64,000 nucleotides of DNA from Macrostomum lignano (taxonomy: Eukaryota), in contig NIVC01001781.1 of the NCBI GenBank assembly GCA_002269645.1, positions 119,318 through 183,317 of the forward strand, given 5' to 3'. The stretch's first letter is position 1; every line of letters begins with the position of its first letter. Under the pieces are notes generated by a model, which was not told the DNA's origin, did no database searches, and saw nothing but the letters and a program-made list of their open reading frames with translations. Both the position numbers and the translations under genes were made by a program. Shown piece after piece: positions 56,501 through 64,000 of this stretch.

Positions 56501-59500
56501 CTCCCTCCACTCCGCTCCCTCAGCTCCGCTCCCTCAGCTCCGCTCCGCTCCCTCAGCTCCGCTCCCCTCAGCTCCGCTCCCTCCACTCCGCTCCCTCAGC
56601 TCCGCTCTCCTCATCTCCGCTCCCTCAGCTCCGCTTCCCCAGCTCCGCTCCCCCAGCTCCGCTCCCCTCATCTCCGCTCCCTCAGCTCCGCTCCCTCAGC
56701 TCCGCTCCCCTCAGCTCCCCTCCCTCATCTCCGCTCCCTCAGCTCCGCTCCCCTCAGCTCCGCTCCCTCATCTCCGCTCCCTCATCTCCGCTCCCTCAGC
56801 TCCGCTCCCTCAGCTCCGCTCCCTCAGCTCCGCTCCCTCAGCTCCGCTCCCTCAGCTCCGCTCCCCTCACTTAGCTGCAGGGCTGTCCCGGAGGGGACAC
56901 AGCGGGAAGGCGCGGGCGCCCATTCCGCTAGTGCTCCGCTCCCCTCAGCTCCGCTCCCCTCAGCTCCGCTCCCCTCAGCTCCGCTCCCCCAGCTCCGCTC
57001 CCCCAGCTCCGCTCCCTCATCTCCGCTCCCTCAGCTCCGCTCCCTCAGCTCCGCTCCCTCAGCTCCGCTCCCCTCAGCTCCGCTCCCTCAGCTCCGCTCC
57101 CCTCAGCTCCGCCCCCTCAGCTCCGCTCCCTCATCTCCGCTCCCTCAGCTCCGCTCCCCCAGCTCCGCTCCCTCATCTCCGCTCCCCCAGCTCCGCTCCC
57201 TCATCTCCGCTCCCCTCATCTCCGCTCCCTCAGCTCCGCTCCTCTCAGCTCCGCTCCCTCAGCTCCGCTCCCTCAGCTCCGCTCCCCTCAGCTCCGCTCC
57301 CTCAGCTCCGCTCCCTCAGCTCCGCTCCCTCAGCTCCGCTCCCTCAGCTCCGCTCCGCTCCCTCAGCTCCGCTCCGCTCCCTCAGCTCCGCTCCCTCAGC
57401 TCCGCTCCCTCCACTCCGCTCCCTCAGCTCCGCTCCCCTCACTTAGCTGCAGGGCTGTCCCGGAGGGGACACAGCGGGAAGGCGCGGGCGCCCATTCCGC
57501 TAGTGCTCCGCTCCCCTCAGCTCCGCTCCCCTCAGCTCCGCTCCCCTCAGCTCCGCTCCCCCAGCTCCGCTCCCCCAGCTCCGCTCCCTCATCTCCGCTC
57601 CCTCATCTCCGCTCCCTCAGCTCCGCTCCCTCAGCTCCGCTCCCTCAGCTCCGCTCCCCTCAGCTCCGCTCCCTCAGCTCCGCTCCCTCAGCTCCGCTCC
57701 CTCAGCTCCGCTCCCCTCATCTCCGCTCCCTCAGCTCCGCTCCCCCAGCTCCGCTCCCTCATCTCCGCTCCCCCAGCTCCGCTCCCTCATCTCCGCTCCC
57801 CTCATCTCCGCTCCCTCAGCTCCGCTCCCTCAGCTCCGCTCCCTCAGCTCCGCTCCCCTCAGCTCCGCTCCCCTCAGCTCCGCTCCCTCAGCTCCGCTCC
57901 CTCAGCTCCGCTCCCTCAGCTCCGCTCCGCTCCCTCAGCTCCGCTCCCTCAGCTCCGCTCCCTCCACTCCGCTCCCTCAGCTCCGCTCCCTCAGCTCCGC
58001 TCCCTCAGCTCCGCTCTCCTCATCTCCGCTCCCTCAGCTCCGCTTCCCCAGCTCCGCTCCCCCAGCTCCGTTCCCCTCATCTCCGCTCCCTCAGCTCCGC
58101 TCCCTCAGCTCCGCTCCGCTCCCTCAGCTCCGCTCCCTCAGCTCCGCTCCCTCAGCTCCGCTCCCTCCACTCCGCTCCCTCAGCTCCGCTCCCTCAGCTC
58201 CGCTCCCCCAGCTCCGCTCCCTCAGCTCCGCTCCCCTCAGCTCCGCTCCCTCAGCTCCGCTCCCTCAGCTCCCCTCCTCATCTCCGTCCTCAGCTCCGCT
58301 CCCCTCAGCTCCGCTCCCTCATCTCCGCTCCCTCATCTCCGCTCCCTCAGCTCCGCTCCCCTCAGCTCCCCTCCCTCATCTCCGCTCCCTCAGCTCCGCT
58401 CCCTCAGCTCCGCTCCCTCATCTCCGCTCCCTCATCTCCGCTCCCTCAGCTCCGCTCCCTCAGCTCCGCTCCCTCAGCTCCGCTCCCTCAGCTCCGCTCC
58501 CTCAGCTCCGCTCCCTCAGCTCCGCTCCCTCAGCTCCGCTCCCCTCAGCTCCGCTCCCCTCAGCTCCGCTCCCCAGCTCCGCTCCTCAGCTCCGCTCCCT
58601 CAGCTCCGCTCCCTCAGCTCCGCTCCCTCAGCTCCGCTCCCCAGCTCCGCTCCCCTCAGCTCCGCTCCCTCAGCTCCGCTCCCTCATCTCCGCTCCCTCA
58701 GCTCCGCTCCCCTCATCTCCGCTCCCTCAGCTCCGCTCCCTCAGCTCCGCCCCCTCAGCTCCGCTCCCTCATCTCCGCTCCCTCATCTCCGCTCCCCTCA
58801 GCTCCGCTCCCCTCAGCTCCGCTCCCTCAGCTCCGCTCCCTCAGCTCCGCTCCCTCAGCTCCGCTCCCTCAGCCCCGCTCCCTCAGCTCCGCTCCCTCAG
58901 CTCCGCTCCGCTCCCTCAAGCTCCGCTCCCTCAGCTCGCTCCTCCACTCCGCTCCCTCAGCTCCGCTCTCCTCATCTCCGCTCCTCAGCTCCGCTTCCCC
59001 AGCTCCGCTCCCCCAGCTCCGCTCCCCTCATCTCCGCTCCCTCAGCTCCGCTCCCCTCAGCTCCGCTCCCTCATCTCCGCTCCCCTCATCTCCGCTCCCT
59101 CAGCTCCGCTCCCTCAGCTCCGCTCCCTTCAGCTCCGCTCCCCCAGCTCCGCTCCCCTCAGCTCCGCTCCCTCAGCTCCGCTCCCTCATCTCCGCTCCCT
59201 CATCTCCGCTCCCTCAGCTCCGCTCCCTCAGCTCCGCTCCCCTCAGCTCCGCTCCCCTCAGCTCCGCTCCCTCAGCTCCGCTCCCTCATCTCCGCTCCCT
59301 CATCTCCGCTCCCCTCATCTCCGCTCCCTCAGCCCGCTCCCTCAGCTCCCTCCCTCATCTCGCTGCCTCAGCTCCGCTCCCCTCAGCTCCGCTCCCTCCA
59401 CTCCGCTCCCTCAGCTCCGCTCTCCTCATCTCCGCTCCCTCAGCTCCGCTTCCCCAGCTCCGCTCCCCCAGCTCCGCTCCCCTCATCTCCGCTCCCTCAG

Positions 59501-62500
59501 CTCCGCTCCCTCAGCTCCGCTCCCCTCAGCTCCCCTCCCTCATCTCCGCTCCCTCAGCTCCGCTCCCCTCAGCTCCGCTCCCTCATCTCCGCTCCCTCAT
59601 CTCCGCTCCCTCAGCTCCGCTCCCTCAGCTCCGCTCCTCAGCTCCGCTCCCTCAGCTCCGCTCCCCTCAGCTCCGCTCCTCAGCTCCGCTCCCTCAGCTC
59701 CGCTCCCCAGCTCCGCTCCTCAGCTCCGCTCCCTCATCTCCGCTCCCTCATCTCCGCTCCCTCAGCTCCGCTCCCTCAGCTCCGCTCCCTCAGCTCCGCT
59801 CCCCTCAGCTCCGCTCCCCCAGCTCCGCTCCCTCAGCTCCGCTCCCTCATCTCCGCTCCCCTCATCTCCGCTCCCTCAGCTCCGCTCCCTCAGCTCCGCT
59901 CCCCTCAGCTCCGCTCCCTCAGCTCGCTCCCCTCAGCTCCGCTCCCTCATCTCCGCTCCTCAGCTCCGCTCTCCCCCAGCTCCGCTCCCTCATCTCCGCT
60001 CCCCTCATCTCCGCTCCCCCAGCTCCGCTCCCTCATCTCCGCTCCCCTCATCTCCGCTCCCTCAGCTCCGCTCCTCTCAGCTCCGCTCCTCAGCTCCGCT
60101 CCCTCAGCTCCGCTCCCCTCAGCTCCGCTCCCTCAGCTCCGCTCCCTCAGCTCCGCTCCCTCAGCTCCGCTCCCTCAGCTCCGCTCCGCTCCCTCAGCTC
60201 CGCTCCTCAGCTCCGCTCCCTCAGCTCCGCTCCCTCCGCTCCCTCAGCTCCGCTCCCTCAGCTCCGCTCCTCAGCTCCGCTCTCCTCATCTCCGCTCCTC
60301 AGCTCCGCTTCCCCAGCTCGCTCCCCCAGCTCCGCTCCCCTCATCTCCGCTCCCCTCAGCTCCGCTCCCTCAGCTCCGCTCCCCTCAGCTCCGCTCCCCT
60401 CAGCTCCGCTCCCCCAGCTCCGCTCCCCCAGCTCCGCTCCCCCAGCTCCGCTCCCTCAGCTCCGCTCCCTCATCTCCGCTCCCTCATCTCCGCTCCCCTC
60501 ATCTCCGCTCCCTCAGCCCCGCTCCCTCAGCACCCTCCCTCATCTCCGCTCCCTCAGCTCCGCTCCCTCAGCTCCGCTCCCCAGCTCCGCTCCCTCAGCT
60601 CCGCTCCCTCAGCTCCGCTCCCTCAGCTCCGCTCCCTCAGCTCCGCTCCGCCCTCATCTCCGCTCCCTCAGCTCCGCTCCCTCAGCTCCGCTCCCTCATC
60701 TCCGCTTCCTCAGCTCCGCTCCCTCAGCTCCGCCCCTCAGCTCCGCTCCCTCAGCTCCGCTCCCTCAGCTCCGCTCCCTCAGCTCCGCTCCCCAGCTCCG
60801 CTCCCCTCAGCTCCGCTCCTCAGCTCCGCTCCCTCAGCTCCGCTCCCTCAGCTCCGCCCTCAGCTCGCTCCGCTCCCTCAGCTCCGCTCCGCTCCCTCAG
60901 CTCCGCTCCCTCAGCTCCGCTCCCTCCACTCCGCTCCCTCAGCTCCGCTCCCTCAGCTCCGCTCTCCTCATCTCCGCTCCCTCAGCTCCGCTTCCCCAGC
61001 TCCGCTCCCCTCATCTCCGCTCCCTCAGCTCCGCTCCCTCAGCTCCGCTCCCTCAGCTCCCTCCCTCATCTCCGCTCCCTCAGCTCCGCTCCCCTCAGCT
61101 CCGCTCCCTTAGCTCCGCTCCCTCAGCTCCGCTCCCCTGAGCTCCGCTCCCCTCAGCTCCGCTCCCTCAGCTCCGCTCCCTCAGCTCCGCTCCCTCAGCT
61201 CCGCTCCCTCAGCTCCGCTCCCCTCAGCTCCGCTCCCCTCAGCTCCGCTCCCCCAGCTCCGCTCCCTCAGCTCCGCTCCCTCATCTCCGCTCCCCTCATC
61301 TCCGCTCCCTCAGCTCCGCTCCCTCAGCTCCGCTCCCTCAGCTCCGCTCCCTCAGCTCCGCTCCCTCAGCTCCGCTCCCCTCAGCTCCGCTCCCTCAGCT
61401 CCGCTCCCCTCATCTCCGCTCCCTCAGCTCCGCTCCCCCAGCTCCGCTTCCTCATCTCATCTCCGCTCCCCTCATCTCCGCTCCCCCAGCTCCGCTCCCT
61501 CATCTCCGCTCCCCTCATCTCCGCTCCCTCAGCTCCGCTCCCCTCAGCTCCGCTCCCTCAGCTCCGCTCCCTCAGCTCCGCTCCCCTCCCTCAGCTCCGC
61601 TCCCTCAGCTCCGCTCTCCTCATCTCCGCTCCCTCAGCTCCGCTTCCCCAGCTCCGCTCCCCCAGCTCCGCTCCCCTCATCTCCGCTCCCCTCAGCTCTG
61701 CTCCTCAGCTCCACTCCCCTCAGCTCCGCTCTCCTCATCTCCGCTCCCCTCAGCTCCGCTCCTCATCTCCGCTCCCTCATCTCCGCTCCCTCAGCTCCGC
61801 TCTCCTCATCTCCGCTCCCTCAGCTCCGCTTCCCCAGCTCCGCTCCCCCAGCTCCGCTCCCCTCATCTCCGCTCCCCTCAGCTCCGCTCCCTCAGCTCCA
61901 CTCCCCTCAGCTCCCCTCCCTCATCTCCGCTCCCTCAGCTCCGCTCCCCTCATCTCCGCTCCCTCATCTCCGCTCCCTCATCTCCGCTCCCTCAGCTCCG
62001 CTTCCCCAGCTCCGCTCCCCCAGCTCCGCTCCCCTCATCTCCGCTCCCCTCAGCTCTGCTCCCTCAGCTCCACTCCCCTCAGCTCCGCTCTCCTCATCTC
62101 CGCTCCCCTCAGCTCCGCTCCCTCATCTCCGCTCCCTCATCTCCGCTCCCTCAGCTCCGCTCTCCTCATCTCCGCTCCCTCAGCTCCGCTTCCCCAGCTC
62201 CGCTCCCCTCATCTCCGCTCCCCTCAGCTCCGCTCCTCAGCTCCACTCCCCTCAGCTCCCCTCCCTCATCTCCGCTCCCTCAGCTCCGCTCCCCTCATTC
62301 CGCTCCCTCATCTCCGCTCCCTCAGCTCCGCTCCCCTCAGCTCCGCTCCCTCAGCTCCGCTCCCTCAGCTCCGCTCCCCTCAGCTCCGCCTCCCTCAGCT
62401 CCGCTCCCAGCTCCGCTCCCTCAGCTCCGTCCCCTCAGCTCCGCTCCCTCAGCTCCGCTCCCCCAGCTCCACTCCCTCAGCTCCGCTCCCTCAGCTCCGC

Positions 62501-63553
62501 TCCCTCAGCTCCGCTCCCTCAGCTCCGCTCCGCTCCCTCAGCTCCGCTCCCTCAGCTCCGCTCCCTCAGCTCCGCTCCCTCAGCTCCGCTCCCTCAGCTC
62601 CGCTCCCTCAGCTCTCGCTCCCTCAGCTCCGCTCCCTCAGCTCCACTCCCCAGCTCCCCTCCCTCATCTCCGCTCCCTCAGCTCCGCTCCCTCAGCTCCG
62701 CTCCCTCAGCTCCGCTCCCCTCAGCTCGCTCCCCTCAGCTCCGCTCCCTCAGCTCCCACTTACCTGATCCTCAGACGGTCCCAGAGGCAACCACAAAAGG
62801 CGGTGGCTTTGAGCAGCCAGTCACCGTCTCCGGCATCAATCCTGCCCAGCCTCTGATGCAGGCCGCTAGGCGGCAACTCCCTGCCGTAGGCCACATCGAG
62901 TCGAAGCATTGATTCACACGGCGCATTGCCCGAATCGCTTCAGCGCTGTCCAGGCAGGCAAACAGCCAGCCCTGCTCATCCCGAACCCGACTGCGTCAAG
63001 CAGAACAGCACCGACTCGCCGTCGCCAATCCCCGATTGGCTTGCCGACAATCTTGAGAAAACACCGGCCGACTCAGCTTGTCCGTTCGAATCGAATCGAC
63101 CGGTGCCTGGGATCGCGCCAGGTCGCGTAGAACACACCGGCCCGATTCATCGCTAGCCGGCTTGGCCGATTTCAATATCGAATTTAATCAGCCGGCGTCG
63201 ATGCAACAGATGGCGTCGGAATTCGACAACGACAGACTGGGCGTCACTGCGACCTGCGGCGGCTGTTAGGAGAACAGCGAGCGGCACAGGGCGATGACCA
63301 GCTGCTTGCACCAGACGATGCAGCGATGATCTGTTGATGCCCAGGCGTTTCTCACGTGACTGCCGAAGCCCACAGGGCATTGCGCGGCAGAGTGAGGCCC
63401 GAGTCGATGCGAGTCGCGGCAGGGCCACTCGAGGTCGCGATCTCCACCGCCCAATCGATATGAGAGCCACGTGACGAGGCCGGTGGCTCGGTTCTTGCGC
63501 CAGTACGAGTTCATGTCCGAGTAGAAACTCAGCATCTCGCTGTCCGACCAACA
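50527..63553 (-). CDS. PGAP1: PGAP1-like GPI inositol-deacylase, 3' part (5' exons lie beyond the window); exons 63553..62764 (frameshifted), 57499..57443 and/or 56927..56871, 55119..55074 (in-frame TGA), 55020..54550, 53948..53484, 51633..51323, 50704..50527
   Basis: FYSDMNSYW, HVALISIG/GGDRD, AWASTDHRCIVWCKQL (PGAP1 'W.stDH..IVWCkQL'), WLFAC, CRYRLTV..ALLRY, multiple TM helices and PSLFVWAKAL..DP; ends RAKKD*. Splice phases chain 2-2-0-0-0-2. Several indels in the 63.5-62.8 kb exon mean either a pseudogene or consensus error. Confidence 0.82.
50775..51260. repeat. 13-bp-based degenerate repeat (GGGTCAAGCCAGT) in the last PGAP1 intron
   Basis: Directly visible. Confidence 0.88.
51665..53410. 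repeat. 20-21-bp minisatellite (GGGTGTCAG(G/A)TGAGACAGTT), interrupted at about 51983-52150
   Basis: Directly visible. Confidence 0.96.
53985..54520. repeat. 20-22-bp minisatellite (GAGGTGTCAG(AG)GTGAGAC(TGT/ACT))
   Basis: Directly visible; switches from a 20-bp to a 22-bp unit at about 54180. Confidence 0.95.
55143..62760. repeat. 14-15-bp C-rich minisatellite (CCTCAGCTCCGCTC), about 7.6 kb, enclosing two copies of a 57-bp exon
   Basis: Directly visible; source of the spurious 1754-aa ORF. Confidence 0.98.
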
Positions 63554-63571
63554 CTGAAATGCGACGGTTCA

Positions 63572-64000
63572 GCTCACCTGATCTACCTATCTGCCTGCGG
63601 ATTCTCACCTGATCTACCTATCTGCCTGCGGATCTCACCTGATCTACCTATCTGCCTGCGGATCTCACCTCACTGATCTACCTATCTGCCTGCGGATCTC
63701 ACCTGATCTACCTATTGCCTGCGGATCTCACCTGATCTACCTGCCTGCCTGCGATCTCACCTGATCTACCTGCCTGCCTGCGATCCCACCTGATCTACCT
63801 ATCTGCCTGCGGATCTCACCTGATCTACTATCTGCCTGCGGATCTCACCTGATCTACCTATCTGCCTGCGGATCTTACCTGATCTACCTATCTGCCTGCG
63901 ATCTCACCTGATCTACCTATCTGCCTGCGGATCTCACCTGATCTACCTATCTGCCTGCGGATCTCACCTGATCTACCTATCTGCCTGCGGATCTTACCTG
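63572..64000. repeat. 30-bp minisatellite (GATCTCACCTGATCTACCTATCTGCCTGCG), running off the window
   Basis: Period 30 (63601/63631). Confidence 0.95.

Noticed and set aside
57503-62767. 1754-aa ORF and similar repeat ORFs (YSPPI, IYLS, SLSHCLP, CLSV and others)
   Set aside because: Stop-free translations of tandem repeats lying in introns or intergenic DNA, with alternative starts and no domain content.

Overview
Eukaryotic, intron-rich animal genomic DNA. By my hand tally about half of the window is tandem repeat, in roughly 38 separate mini/microsatellite arrays. The repeat-filled introns and gene style suggest a flatworm such as Macrostomum, but that is inference only. Five spliced genes were rebuilt by hand from GT-AG sites and reading phase: a GT31 beta-1,3-glycosyltransferase (+), centractin/Arp1 (-, 376 aa), a divergent tandem-C2 synaptotagmin-like protein (+), a cation-selective nicotinic acetylcholine receptor alpha subunit (+, about 751 aa, spread over 18.6 kb) and the 3' part of a PGAP1-like GPI inositol-deacylase (-). 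The PGAP1-like gene carries frameshifts, an in-frame TGA and a tandemly duplicated 57-bp exon. Mobile DNA comprises a decayed Ty3/Gypsy element whose 3' LTR appears to contain a 4.35-kb minisatellite expansion, a hAT-type MITE with an 8-bp TSD, a possible LINE RT remnant, and a 326-bp inverted-repeat element carrying a Penelope-type minimal hammerhead ribozyme motif inside a receptor intron. Most long ORFs in the supplied track are stop-free repeat translations, not genes.
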